This document shows, piece after piece, positions 1-14,420 of a stretch of 40,232 bases of DNA. The notes below the pieces were generated by a model. It was given only the letters and a program-made list of their open reading frames with translations. It was not told the DNA's origin and ran no database searches. Source of the stretch: Octopus sinensis (Eukaryota). Position 1 is the stretch's first letter. The number at the start of each line of letters is the position of its first letter. The stretch spans positions 1-40,232 of the forward strand of contig NW_021835399.1 in assembly GCF_006345805.1 (NCBI RefSeq). Reading direction: 5' to 3'. The translations under genes and the position numbers were made by a program.

Positions 1-13
1 CGCACACACATAT

Positions 14-110
14 ACTCGTTTATTTGTTTCAGTCATTTGACTGTGGCCATGCTGGAGCACCGCCTTTAGTCGAGAAAATAGACCCCAGGACTTACTCTTT
101 GTAATCTTAG
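14..110 (-). mobile_element. SINE family A, 3' tail fragment
   Basis: Reverse complement of the tail ...cgactaaaggcggtgctccagcatggcc(g/a)cagtcaaatgactgaaac that recurs at 1295-1500, 7190-7690, 21682-21770, 23170-23575 and 30005-30370. Confidence 0.85.
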
Positions 111-484
111 TGCTCAACTCGTAATTTATTTATCGACGCAGCGGAATTTGTACTAAGAACGGCAAGGAGACAGAAGAAATGTCTGAAAGCTTTTTGACCA
201 ACGTCCTGCCAGTCAACCACTCACTGGACTCAGAGAAAGTAAACTCAATTCACTATCGTCTGTATCAGTCTCCATAAAGCCGCCTTTAGTTGACAGATCC
301 AAGACGCGAACACCTTTAGACAGTTACTGCGTTGCTATCACTAGCATACTGTATTTCATGTCTCATATTTTTCTCATCGTCTTTGTTTTTTATTATTTTT
401 CTTTATGCGCTCCTTTTTTTATTATCAATACAAACTGCATTAAATCAACTGTAACAAAAGCGTCTCGAATTCATTCACATCTAG

Positions 485-693
485 TTGTTTGAAATACTGA
501 ATTTACAACCTCTGACGAAATGGTTGAACGGCACATTTGATCTCCATGGACTTTTCAAACAGATCGAACTTGTCTGCCGGGTGACATTCATTATACACTA
601 TATATATATATATATATATATTAATGTATATATACACACACAACACACACTCACGACACGTGCACACACACAAATACAAATAAAATATATGTA

Positions 694-734
<41 letters not shown>

Positions 735-854
735 GGTTTATTGAAACTCTGTATGCATGTGTGGGTGTACGTGTGGTGCGCGTGTGTGTATCTATATATT
801 ATCATCTATATGTATTTATGCAGTTATATTTACCAATCTATCTATGTATCTATG

Positions 855-936
<82 letters not shown>

Positions 937-940
937 CATA
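485..940. repeat. Compound microsatellite (TA)n/(CA)n/(TG)n followed by (TATC)n
   Basis: Read directly from the sequence. It explains the overlapping IYIY/YLSI pseudo-ORFs at 485-1123. Confidence 0.9.
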
Positions 941-950
941 CATGCATACG

Positions 951-1110
951 TGCATGGTAAGAAGCTTGCTTCCCAACCACATGGTTCCAGCTTCAGTCAT
1001 ACTGCGTGGCATCTTGGGCAAGCGTCTCCTACTATAGCTCCAGGCCGACCGAAGCCATGTAGTGGATTTGGTAGACGGAAACTGAAAGAACTCGTCATAT
1101 ATATATATAT

Positions 1111-1148
<38 letters not shown>

Positions 1149-1249
1149 GTGTATATACATATATGTATATATATATGATTGTATATATTATATGTATATA
1201 TATATATATATATGTATATATATAGTATATATATATATATATTATATAT

Positions 1250-1292
<43 letters not shown>

Positions 1293-1740
1293 TACTCTTT
1301 TACTCTTTTACTTGTTTTAGTCATGTGACAGTGGCCATGCTGGAGCACCGCCTTTAGTCGAGCAAATCGACCCCAGGACATATTCTTTGTAAGCCTAGTA
1401 TTCTATCGGTATCTTTGGACGAACCGCTAAGTTACGAGGACGTAAACACGCCAGCATCAGTTGTCAAGCGATGTTGGGGGGACAAACACAGACATACAAA
1501 CACACACACACTTATATGTACACATACATGTGTGTGTATATCTATGTGTGTGTGCGTCTTTATGTCTCTGTTTGTCTCCCACCACTGCTTCACAACCGGT
1601 GTTGGTGTGATTGTGTCCCCGTAACTTAGCGGTTCAGCAAAAGGTGGCGATAGAGAAAGTATCAGGCTTGAAAAAATATAAAACAGTCCTGGGGTCGATT
1701 TGTTCGACTAAAATCCTTCAAAGAGATGTCCCAACATGAA
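951..1740 (+). mobile_element. SINE family A, near full length, with a second copy nested in its internal microsatellite
   Basis: tRNA-like head (ggtaagaagcttgcttcccaaccacatggttcc...) at 951-1098, then a (TA)n array, then the 3' half (tgtttgtctccaccactgcttcacaaccggtgttgg...ggggtcgatttgttcgact) at about 1550-1740. Confidence 0.75.
1295..1500 (-). mobile_element. SINE family A, 3' half, antisense, nested
   Basis: ttactcttttactcttttacttg...ccatgctggagcaccgcctttagtcgagcaaatcgaccccagg...gatgttgggggacaaacac is the reverse complement of the family A 3' half. Confidence 0.85.
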
Positions 1741-2741
1741 CGAAATAAGTAGAAAATGAAAGTCAAAAGATACAGGTTTGTGTGTCTGTGAATGTGTGCG
1801 TGTCTACATATTATAACTGGTTTATCATAGATCATTCCCGTTAGTTTTTATCATTTATATAACACCGGAGGCTTAAGGAATATCATAATATCCTTATCGT
1901 GGTGTGTACAGGACATGAGGGTGTGGTATTATGTCATGATACATCCATACATATAAATAAAATACAAAACCAGCAGACCTTCAGTAAATATTGATCAACT
2001 TGTTACCAACGCAACTACCGTTAGAAAAGTGTTGTTTCGCGGAAGGAAAAGAGCAAAAAAAAAAACAACCAAAAAACAAAAACATAGAAGAATGGAATAA
2101 CAATATCAATATCTATTGTATTATTTTCTACTGTTGTCAGCAACAGCGTCAGACTGCAGCGAGAACAAGAGAAAGAAATAATGTGGAATGCAAAGAAACA
2201 GAGTAAAAGCACCATCTTCGTGGGTGTGAGCGTACTTATACACTCGCAAATATATAAGCATAGATAGATAGATACTGATTATATATATCCATATATATAT
2301 ATAAATTATATAGCATACATGTATATATATGCATAATATATATGCAATATAATATATACTGCATATACATATGCATGTATATATATATATTATATATATA
2401 TAATATATATATGCATATAATATATATATTTAATAAAATATAGGCATACAACACACCATAATATATATGCATGTATATATATATATATATATATATATGC
2501 ATATACATATGCGCATCTCTATATATAGAGATAGATATAGATATATGCATATATATTTGTATACATATCTATCTATCTATATACACACACAAATATATAT
2601 AATATATATACATGCACAAAACGTGCGTGTGTGCATGTATGCATATATGCATATATATATATATATATTATGCATACCATACATACACGTGCATATGCAT
2701 GGACACTGATGTACACGCACACACTCATTCTCACTCCCTTT

Positions 2742-2773
<32 letters not shown>

Positions 2774-2892
2774 CTTGCAGACACATGTATATAGGTAAAA
2801 AAATCTTTTGGTCGTAACAGAAATATCCACTGTTGATTGATGCAAATTTTATTGCCGGATATATATATATGCATACATACATACATACATAC

Positions 2893-2955
<63 letters not shown>

Positions 2956-3003
2956 ATATTCATATGTATATAAGTATACATGCATACACACACATATATA
3001 TAT

Positions 3004-3186
3004 ATGCTCTTCCGGTCTAGACATGACCACACCATCATCCTTCTCTACTCTACTTTTGCCCGACTCCACCCTGAATACTGTTGCCCACTGTGGTCTCCTC
3101 ATAAGAAGCAACTCATTATGAAAATGGAAGCACTCCAGAGGTCAATAACAAGAAAGATAGACGGTATGACTGGCATTGACTATTGA
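3004..3186 (+). pseudogene. CR1/L2-like LINE ORF2 C-terminal remnant
   Basis: Translation LLYSTFARLHPEYCCPLWSPHKKQLIMKMEALQRSITRKIDGMTGIDY resembles the LY..LVRPHLEYC..WSP.....I..LE.VQR..TK.I region that follows the RT domain in CR1-group LINEs (family knowledge, no search). Confidence 0.8.
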
Positions 3187-3411
3187 AAATACTAATCGGA
3201 CTCAGGCAGTACAGTGTGTCGTTAGCCAGCTGGATGAGATGTCTTCCTGGGGCTATAAAAAACAGTTGCATCTTGCCCTATAGGTCCGCCACATTAGGTG
3301 GAAGATATACTTCACCATTCCGTGCTGTTTACGTCTCACTCAGAGATTTATTATTGCTACACACACACACACACACCTATATATATATGTATATATATAT
3401 AAAAATTAATA

Positions 3412-3675
3412 GTTATCGCCATACTAATATGGCAGTCTTATAAATATAAGACTAAAGCTGTCGCTGGTTAGCTCCATGAGGCCACCGCCTCAAGCTAGCT
3501 ATTTGACACACGAAACTGCGTCCATTAAAACCTTCGAACAAGGGAGGTCAGCCGCTTCGAAGGTTTTTAATGGACGCAGGTTCGTGTGTCAAATAGTTAG
3601 CTTGAGCGGTGGCCTCATGGAGCTAACCAGCGACAGCTTATATTTATAAGACTGCCATATTAGTATGGCGATAAC
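3412..3675. mobile_element. Palindromic MITE, almost entirely hairpin, flanked by TA
   Basis: 3412-3538 is nearly the reverse complement of 3556-3675, with a 17-nt spacer. TA lies at 3410-3411 and 3676-3677, consistent with a Tc1/mariner-type target duplication. Confidence 0.85.
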
Positions 3676-3749
3676 TATGGCGATAACGCACCGTAATCTC
3701 CTTTAGAGAGACTTCTAATTTTAATTATTCTATTATAATATATGGATAT

Positions 3750-3781
<32 letters not shown>

Positions 3782-3953
3782 GTATATTTATATATATATA
3801 TATATGTATATATATATGTATATTATATATATGTATATATATATATATTATACATATATATAGATAGGTATATATATATACATATATACATATATATATA
3901 TATGTATATATATATATGTATATATATTATATATATATATATAACATATATAC

Positions 3954-3984
<31 letters not shown>

Positions 3985-4518
3985 CAATATATATATATAT
4001 ATACATATATATAGAGAGAGAGAGAGAGAGAGAGGGGGGGGAGAGAGAAATACAAGTATACATACATATAATATTCATATGTATATAAGTGTACATACAT
4101 ATATGTAGACATATATGGGCATACATATATACATATAGAGAGAGAAATACAGATATCATACAACTTAAATCGGCGATTTATTAAAAATATCTCCTTTTCC
4201 TGAATGTCATGTCATCTAGGGAGAAATCTTGATTCTTGGGATTATTTCCCGCTGGTCTCAATTACCAATTTATAACTGTCACAGTTCCTCTAGGGGGAGA
4301 GAAATGTTTAGTAAATCAAGAATTGAAATGGTGTGATTTTTAATATGGCTGTATTAAAAATAAAGAATCAAGCGACGTTACGTGAGAACACAGATACACA
4401 CACCTACATATAAACATATGTATATGTGACGAATATATAAATATATATGTATATGTACACACACACATATATATGTATATATACATACACATAATACATA
4501 CATACACACATACATACA

Positions 4519-4587
<69 letters not shown>

Positions 4588-4589
4588 CA

Positions 4590-4750
4590 TACATACGACT
4601 GGCCTCTTTCAATTTCCGTCTACCAAATCCATTGACAAGACCTTGGTTGGCCCGAGGCTATAGTAGAAGACACTATAGAATTTGCCACTCAGCGGGATTG
4701 AACCCTGAGCCATATGGTTGGGATGCAAGCTTCTTACCACACAGCCACTT
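4590..4750 (-). mobile_element. SINE family A, head fragment
   Basis: ...ttccgtctaccaaatccattgacaagaccttggttggcccgaggctatagtagaagacac...ttcttaccacacagccac is the reverse complement of the family A head. Confidence 0.8.
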
Positions 4751-5565
4751 CTGCATATACACACACACAAACACATACACACACACGCGCGCGCGCACGC
4801 ACGCATATATATCACACATATATATAAGAAATAATTGAGATTCAGTTGAATTTGGAACTTAAGTTGAAGCATCAAGTCAGTCCGGTATTATGTGCTCACC
4901 TCGAAGTAAGGTGAATAAAATCACAAGATATCAAGTATTAAATTGATGTAATGATTACATTGTTCAATGAAATAGAGTCGCTTGAAACGGCTGTACTTGA
5001 TATCCTGTTGTTTATTTTGATTTTATATATATATATATATCCATTCACCGTTTTCTTTCTCTCCCTTTCGCGTTGCTCACACGTGACCAGCGGCTATCAT
5101 TCTTTCTTCTTCTTGCTTTACAAGAGATAAGACCTACTTTTGCCTGTCTCCTGTCTTAGCTCCTTTCTCCAACTTTCACCACTTTACCTCGTTATTGTCT
5201 AACAGCCTTCACCGTTTGTTCTTATTGTCCTGTTTTTGTTACCATTTTAACGCCCCGTAAAAATCCCAAATTTTATTTAATTTGCTTTGCAGGAAGGACT
5301 GCTTTAACGAAGTCGTGCCTTGTCCCAACCTTCGGACGCAGAGTAGATAAAACAGGGGACAACTGATGAAGGGATTGTTCTTTATGTTGCCTGTCCCGTT
5401 TCTCTATTTGTTTCTTTCGTAGTTCGAAAAGAGTTCGTTTTCCATGTTTTTGTTTTTTTATGTTCTCGCTTTTCATTTTGTTCACGTTTTTTTGACGTCC
5501 TGTACCGATATATGCATGTATATGTAGGTATGTACATATATTTATGCATGTATATGTAGGTATGT

Positions 5566-5612
<47 letters not shown>

Positions 5613-6121
5613 TACATAGAGATATATATATTCTCCTTTTTTGGGGTTGACACCAGTACCAAAGTTTTAATGTAAAGAGAGTTACGTTACAATTTTTAAA
5701 TCTGCCACATGGGAAGTTTGGTACTCGTAACCACTTTGGATGAGAATATGCGAGATTACTCGAAACTGTACGGGATTTCAGGATAAATAAATATACAGAT
5801 AAGGGGAGTTTGCTTAGAAGGTAATCTTAATTGTTGTCTCCCTAGCATAAGCCCTAAGTTTTCTTTTTGTAATGAACTGCGTTCACCGTGGATTATTTAA
5901 TTCCTTAATCATCTTATGTGAAAACACTCGTGCACGTCCAGATATGTTGGTCGCTACATTCATGTATGTGGTTACGAACATAGCTAGAAAATTCGTGAAA
6001 CATAGACAACCACTTTCCTCACTCACATACGTATTACAAGATGTTCAATAGAGTCAATCCTTTTCAACCACAATAAAATAACATAAATCCACTGATGGTC
6101 TTGTAAATATAGATCCTGAAC

Positions 6122-6297
6122 AATAGGTGCCAGGAAAACGAATTACTATACAAGGCCGGCATTAAGGATTTGAACGGAACAAAAAAAAAACTTACATAGG
6201 AGTGACGGGAAATGTCTTCAATGAAAGATATGCGCAGCATTTAACTTTGCTCAGAGATAAAAGCAAAATCGTTATCCAATGGGCTAGAAAATTGTAA
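6122..6297 (+). pseudogene. Penelope-like element GIY-YIG endonuclease remnant (frameshifted)
   Basis: NRCQENELLYKAGIKDLNGTKK, a frameshift in the A run at 6181-6190, then KTYIGVTGNVFNERYAQHLTLLRDK. This fits the PLE C..IYKA.V...YIG.T...F..RY..H pattern. Confidence 0.75.
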
Positions 6298-6409
6298 AGA
6301 AATCCTTCTTTAAATAACGTTATTTGTAGCTTTATTAACACACAATCAAAGAATATCTATGCGCCAATACGGTGTTGAACACTTACTCTGACTGTTCGAC
6401 ATTAATGTG

Positions 6410-6511
<102 letters not shown>

Positions 6512-6957
6512 ATTAGGAAACCGTGGTTTGGATTTTAACTGCTCATTCTATCATGTTAGGTGTCCTGTTAGGGTAAACTCCTTCGTGTTACACTAATTTT
6601 ATATGAATAATATATAGTCTATTGACTATTTTCTGCATGCTAGGCCAATGGTAGAAAAATTTCTATAATTTTCATAAACGGTATTTGATTTTAGTAATTT
6701 TGAATTAAGTCGACATTCTTATCTACTGCCGACAAAAACTGCGCTTGCGCGGAGGATTTGAAAAATTATAATATATAAAGATGAGACATGTGCTATTTTG
6801 CCTCATAATTATGTTAATCATCCCACTGATGAGAACTTCGCCTAGCAAATTATTTTCTTTTCTAATTGAAGTCGAAACCATGATCCGGTAACAAAATATG
6901 AAATTACACCTAACTGTGGTTGGGATTTTGACTGCTCCTCCTAATTTTATATGTATG

Positions 6958-6991
<34 letters not shown>

Positions 6992-7031
6992 TGTATGTAT
7001 GTATGTGTGTATGTATGTATGTATGTACATA

Positions 7032-7073
7032 CATTGTCTCGACCACGGTCGAACAATGATGATGATGATGATG
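7032..7073 (+). mobile_element. RTE LINE extreme 3' tip: stem-loop plus (GAT)n tail
   Basis: cattgtctcgaccacggtcgaacaatgatgatgat is the exact reverse complement of 24564-24598, the end of the RTE copy. Confidence 0.8.
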
Positions 7074-7189
7074 TATGTATGTATGTATGTATGTATGTAT
7101 GTATGTATGTATGTATCTATCTGTATGTATATATGTATATACTTCGAATTATGCAATAGAAGCAGCTCTAGAGTAAGTACATTATATAC

Positions 7190-7435
7190 TATTTTACTCT
7201 TTTATCTGTTTCAGTCATTTGACTGCGGCCATGCTGGAGCACCGCCTTTAGTCGAGCAAATCGACCCCAGGACTTAATCTTTGGAAGCCTAGTACTTATT
7301 CTATCGGTGTTTTTGCCGAACCGATAAGTTACGGGAACGTAAACACACCACCACCAGTTGTCAAGTGATGTTGGGGGACAAACAGACACATACATACATA
7401 CATACATACATACTACATACATACATATATATATA

Positions 7436-7495
<60 letters not shown>

Positions 7496-7690
7496 TAACT
7501 CACACACACACGTATATATATCTATATACGATGGTCTTCTTTCGGTTTCCGTCTACCAAATCCACTCACAAGGCTTTTGTCGGCCCGAGTCTATAGTAGA
7601 AGACACTTGCCCAAGGTGCCACGCAGCAGGAGTGAACCCGGAACCATGTAGGTGGTAAGCAAGCTACTTACCACGCAGCCACTCTTAGCC
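7190..7690 (-). mobile_element. SINE family A, full length, with internal microsatellite
   Basis: Tail, body, (TACA)n/(TA)n and head are all present in reverse orientation. Confidence 0.9.
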
Positions 7691-8129
7691 TATAGCATAC
7701 ATAAATTTTAGATATATTTAAATATGTGTGTGTGTGTATACATATACATACACGGAGTAAAAGGGCTCCTGCACGGTTACCGCCCAGCAAATTCACTCAC
7801 ATCTTTACTTGACCCCACGTCTATACTAGTTGAAAATTTCGAAATATTCGCCCGATTGAACTGTACTCAAAAGCATCTTCTCTCGAAGCAGATTTTTATA
7901 AAATTCGAATCACCTTTACATATATATAGTTACAGAACTGAAAGATAGTAGGTGCTGTAATAGAATGTAGCTGCACTTAATATACATATTTTCTAACAGT
8001 CAACGTCCTCATCCTTCTCGCATTATCAAAGTGTTGATATTTAATAGCTTTGTTCTCTCTCGAAAAATCAAACGTATCGACTTGATTACAGTCGTATTAG
8101 AAGATGAATATTGATGTTGTGACATCGTA

Positions 8130-9010
<881 letters not shown>

Positions 9011-9499
9011 ACTCTTTTCTTACTCGTTTCAGCCATGTGACTGTGGTCATGCTGGACCACCACCATGTATATATACACAGATGCAATAAGTGTCAATGGC
9101 TTTACATGTGGAAACATTAAAGTAGTCTGTACATCCTTAGAGAGTAATATGTAATATTTCCATCTTGATTTCATGTTTCTAAACTTCTTTTAATGTCACC
9201 GACCTTCTCTAACCCCACCCAGATTAATAACCAGTGGAATACCATCTCAAAGCCTTGGTATTGATTTCATATTATAGTTTATTTGTACATGCATAGGAAA
9301 ACATACGCACACACACACTGACTGCACCTATGCACACGCACAGACTCACATACGGCAAACATATTAATATTTCTGTATCGTTGTTTCTTCTGAACGCAAG
9401 AACGAGTGCATTTATGAAAATCATGGGTATATACTCCTATGTAGCTATATGTAGCTACAGATGTAATACCGATGCATTCATGGACATGTGGACTTGCCT

Positions 9500-9536
9500 T
9501 CACTCACTCACACACACACACATACACACACACACA

Positions 9537-9568
<32 letters not shown>

Positions 9569-9900
9569 ACATACATGCACACACGAACACACGCATGCAT
9601 ACACACACACGTTCGTGATACACGCATATATGTGTATTGATATGTGTATATATGCATATATATGTATATATTTGTTTAAATATATAAATATATATTTATC
9701 ATACATACATATATATACATATATATACATGTATATACATACATATATATACATACATACATATATAAATATATATTTATCAATATATATGTATATATAA
9801 ATACATATATATGTGTATATATATACATATATATATACATGTATATACATACATATATATATACATGTATACATACGTACATACATACATACATACATAC
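9500..9900. repeat. (CA)n/(TA)n/(TACA)n microsatellite field
   Basis: Read directly from the sequence. Confidence 0.9.
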
Positions 9901-11732
9901 ATTAAAAACTATTAAAATTACATTCCTGCCAATATTTAGTCATTATTTATTAATTCTTCATCGTTATGTCGAGCATATCAAAAGGCTGCATATACTAGAA
10001 TAGTGTTTCATAATCTTTTACCAGTTAATATATATGATATAATAGGTCTTAACAAGATGACAAAGGTCTGTATTTCTGAAGTGTTTTTATTTGTTCATAG
10101 ATTCATTCCCAGACGTCTGTCTTCTGTTTGATGCTTTTTAAATAATTTTTGTTATCATCTTTTTCTGAAGTCCTCAGCAGCTTTGATTGATACTTTATAC
10201 CTGCTTAAGTTTACTAAACAATAATCTCAGTGAAACCCGTATATGCTAACAACCACAACAACAACAGCTATTGCGACAAAACTACAAAACGATTTTAACA
10301 TTTGAAAACAATAATAACATCTAAGGACATACATCGAAATATGCACTCGACAACCTACAATAATAAATAAATAAAAGAATGAAAACTAGAACTTATGAAA
10401 TGATCGGGTTATTTCAGCATGACGAAAAATATGATTGGATGAAGTTTTGAATTTATCAAAACGAATTATTCTGTTCTAAGAGTAAGTTGATTGAAGTAGA
10501 CAGAGACAGCAAAAAGCCAAACGAGCTTCTATGCTGTTGTTCGATTTGCTAGAATTAGCAGCTACATCTGACCTCAAGTTGGTTTAGAATATGTTGCGCA
10601 ATGTTACTGCTTAAAGTCGAAAAAAATAATAAATATAGAACTATAAATAAAAGGAATGGTCGCAACAGAAACAACTTTGATCACAGTTTTGTTTTGATCA
10701 AGGTTGATCTGGAATGCAACATCACCAACCATCACAAGCACAGCAACATGAACAAGAGCAACAGTAGCAGCAGCTGCGACAAAGACAACAACAGCAACAA
10801 AGACAACAACAGCAACAAAGGTCAAATGCAGTTATCAAGAAATATGGAATGAAAATATTTAAATATTTCAAATTTTTGAAATTGACTTCTATAATTTTGT
10901 TTTGTTACATAATATTTTACTGATAATGCAGACATGATTTTAGTTTTGGCTTTACGTGACACCGCCTTCTGACTAGAAAAACAAAAAAAAACCCCAGAGT
11001 TCTCGGAACCTAAGATCTTGATATACACTGTTAAAATTTTAGATATTGCTGTTTGCTGAACCCCGGATCAACTCTGAGCATGTCAGTGAATAATCTAAAT
11101 GCTTTCCTTTCTGCAAGTTAATTTATACTGTTAAGTTAAATGTGCGCAAAAAATAAATCACCGAAAAATGTGAGCTGAACGCACACACATTTCTGTGGGT
11201 GTTCTGTTGAGGCTATGTCGAGGTAGACGTTAGCTGCTGTGAAGAATAAATTAAATGCTAAGCAGAATTACACATGACACATGATTGTTCGTACAACGAT
11301 ATACCAGAAACTTTGAGACACTTGCCTCTGTCGAACAAGTGACGCAAAGTGGATAAATATAAAGCAAACTAGAGTTTTCAGAGCATCTATAGAAGAGTGT
11401 GCTCCACAGATTATTACTCTCAAAATAGTTAAAGGAACACTCATGCAATGAATTTTGTGTCTCTAAATGATACAACTTGATGGGTATTTAGCTGTTTGTA
11501 TATTAGGGTGAACATCCACGTAGATGCTCAGTCCTTGGATCGAAATTTTCTCTCTTTTGTATTGGGTGAAATAATAAGATTAAATAGGGAATGTATGCTT
11601 AGATGGTTTTGTAGCAGACACAAATAAATGAACGTCAAAATGATTCAACATAAAATCTTAGGCAGATGTCCACTTTTTCGCAGAAATCAATAGACACACA
11701 CAGATATAAACAGACACAGAGAGAGAAGTAGT

Positions 11733-11735
11733 TTG

Positions 11736-11792
<57 letters not shown>

Positions 11793-11793
11793 A

Positions 11794-11890
<97 letters not shown>

Positions 11891-11928
11891 TTCTGTCTGT
11901 CTGTTCTATGTGTGCATGCATATACATG

Positions 11929-11967
<39 letters not shown>

Positions 11968-12186
11968 CGTACATACATACATACATACATATGCTGTGTA
12001 CCTGTATACATGTTTATTATATGAATAATATATATGTGGGTTTATGGATATATATGTTCCTGTACATACAAGATACACACACACGCACACGTGTGTGTGT
12101 TTATATATATATGTAAATATATGTGTCTGTGTGTATGTTAGTGCATGTGCGTACGTGTATGTGTGTGCGCGCGGGTGCGTATGAGT

Positions 12187-12229
<43 letters not shown>

Positions 12230-12240
12230 TGTGTGCATAT
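11733..12240. repeat. (TATC)n grading into (TGTC)n, then (TA)/(TG) arrays
   Basis: Read directly from the sequence. Confidence 0.9.
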
Positions 12241-12829
12241 CTATGCACTTTCTTCTTGATTGACATGCTTATCGTATTTATATTCAGAATGAGCAGATTT
12301 ACAAAATTATCAAGATTATTAAGAGAACTAACAGAAGATATCTTTGTATAGGGACGTTTTGTTTAGTTCTTAAGTGATTTGCTTTCATTGTGAAAGGCCT
12401 CCAAAGATAAACATTCAGACTGAATTTAAACTGCAATGACAACAATAGGTTTAAATCGTATTAGTGATACAGAAAATTTAAAAGAATGAGAAATGAATAA
12501 ATGTATATCTTGAGCTTAAGAAACAAAATTATATATATATAAACAAAGAAAAAACAAATACAAAAGAAACCCAGGTAAACAAAACTCATGAAAGAGGACA
12601 CTTGTTAACAGTAAGCATAAAATGAGCTCGCATATGCTCAAAAAGTCAGAACTAATCGGTTTCTATGGAATAGTGAAATTACACAGTTTGAATAGTAATA
12701 TGTACCATAGTAATCACGTGGCCGAGCAGGCTATCAGATGTTGATACACGTCGCTGGTCACAATGCGCTTTTGCATTGTTTAATCCTTTAAAAAACGTTA
12801 CCCCGCTAACTAGGCAAGCAGGCCAACAA

Positions 12830-12965
12830 TCCTCTTCCTGATCGAAAGAGGGTGCTGGAGCAACGTGAAATGAAGTGTTTTACACAAGAACACAACGAGC
12901 CATCCAGTCAGGGAATCGAACCCATGATCTAGTGATCATGTGCAACAGTCTCACCAGTGCAACAG
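12830..12965 (-). mobile_element. SINE head fragment (family C-like)
   Basis: ctggagcaacgtgaaatgaagtgtttt...agaacacaacg...gggaatcgaacccatgatct is shared with 22560-22680. Confidence 0.6.
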
Positions 12966-13132
12966 CCTCACCATTAGACCTCGCGCCTTGATATGTACCA
13001 TAGTATTTGAAACTAATGTAAAAATATCTTGTTATGTTTCGGGACGGTCACTTGTTTTTTGCCAAACAAATACACGCAGTATATATTCGTTCTTCACATC
13101 AGATTTATTATTGGTAATATTTTACGTATTTT

Positions 13133-13176
13133 GTCCGAAAACTTTTCGTCCCACACACTGTGACCTCTTCAGTGAC
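13133..13176 (-). ncRNA. Possible decayed minimal hammerhead ribozyme
   Basis: The minus strand reads gtca-CTGAAGA-ggtcacagtgtgtgggac-GAAA-agtt-TTC-ggac. The core boxes are present, but stems I and II are imperfect. Confidence 0.3.
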
Positions 13177-13939
13177 TCTCCATCCCACGTGTCCCCTGTT
13201 TTGTTTAGTTCATTCTGTCTTTCTAGAGTGTGTATCCTTATCTGCGTATACTTTTGCGTCTGTATCTGTGTGAGCGTGCGTGAGTGTGTATGTTTGTGTA
13301 TGTGTGTGTGCGTGTCTACGTATTTTGCAATTGTGCTCTGTGTGTGTGTGTGTGTATGGGTTTATGTATGTAAATAGTATGTCTTTATTTTTGTATGCAG
13401 TATAAATAAATCAAATTTAAGCAAATTAACCAAATAGCAGCACATGTATGAACTGCTAATTTAACGGTAAATTTGCAATTGCTGCGATAATTATTAACTG
13501 GTAATTGAACGGTAAATGTGTAATTTATATACATTGGACCTGCCACCTCACTGTTTTGTTTTTTTTGTCAAGAGTTTCACCTCCAGCCGTTCGTTATGTC
13601 AGTCGACACACATACACTGACACACCATTTTGCTGTTGTGGCCATGAAGACAGAAAGTTGCCGATACTGCGTAATGTTGTTCACATTAGGATATAATTAG
13701 AATTAAAAGTGAAATAATATCATGGTCTTATCACATTAGAATTAAAAGTGAAAAAAACAATATTATATCACATTTACAATGTAAATGTTATTCTTTGAAT
13801 TTTGACATGCAATACCGAACCAGTGGCAATGTTGTATTGTTTTAATCCAAATGAGAAAAAAAATTACATGATGACACATATGGCGCCTGATATCATTACC
13901 ATGTAAAACTTGATTTGATTTTTTTGATTAGGTTGATAT

Positions 13940-14220
13940 ACAGACACACACACACGCACACACATACACACATACACACATATGCATGTATGTATGTATG
14001 TATGTATGTATGTATGTATGTATGTATGTATGTATGTATATGTGTGCATGTATGTATGTATGCGTGTGTATATAGTGTAAACTGCTGGGGAGAAACAGAG
14101 AGGGAGAAACAGAGAACGCGAGAGAGTGAGAAAGAGAAACAGAGAGGAGACGATGAGCAAAAGAAAGAATATGAGTAATGAGTATATATACTACATAACT
14201 ATTATATACTCTCTTTCTCC

Positions 14221-14296
<76 letters not shown>

Positions 14297-14381
14297 CTTA
14301 TATATATTTATATATGTTACATATATATTATATTATATATACATATATATATATATATTATATACACACACATACACACGC

Positions 14382-14420
<39 letters not shown>

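Noticed and set aside
5363-5402. CTGATGA followed by a gggat/gtccc stem
   Set aside because: The stem is followed by GTTTC rather than GAAA, so it is not a hammerhead as it stands.
10088-10201. Possible terminal exon on the minus strand after aagcag|G
   Set aside because: Weak pyrimidine tract, short frames and no homology recognised.
10601-10852. N/S/K-rich ORF and its V/A-rich antisense ORF
   Set aside because: Driven by degenerate (CAA/CAG)n repeats next to a dispersed repeat.
12287-12376. Plus-strand frame ending GTFCLVLK*, resembling GMFCLVMK in the candidate exon
   Set aside because: Only an 8-residue resemblance on the opposite strand, compatible with chance.
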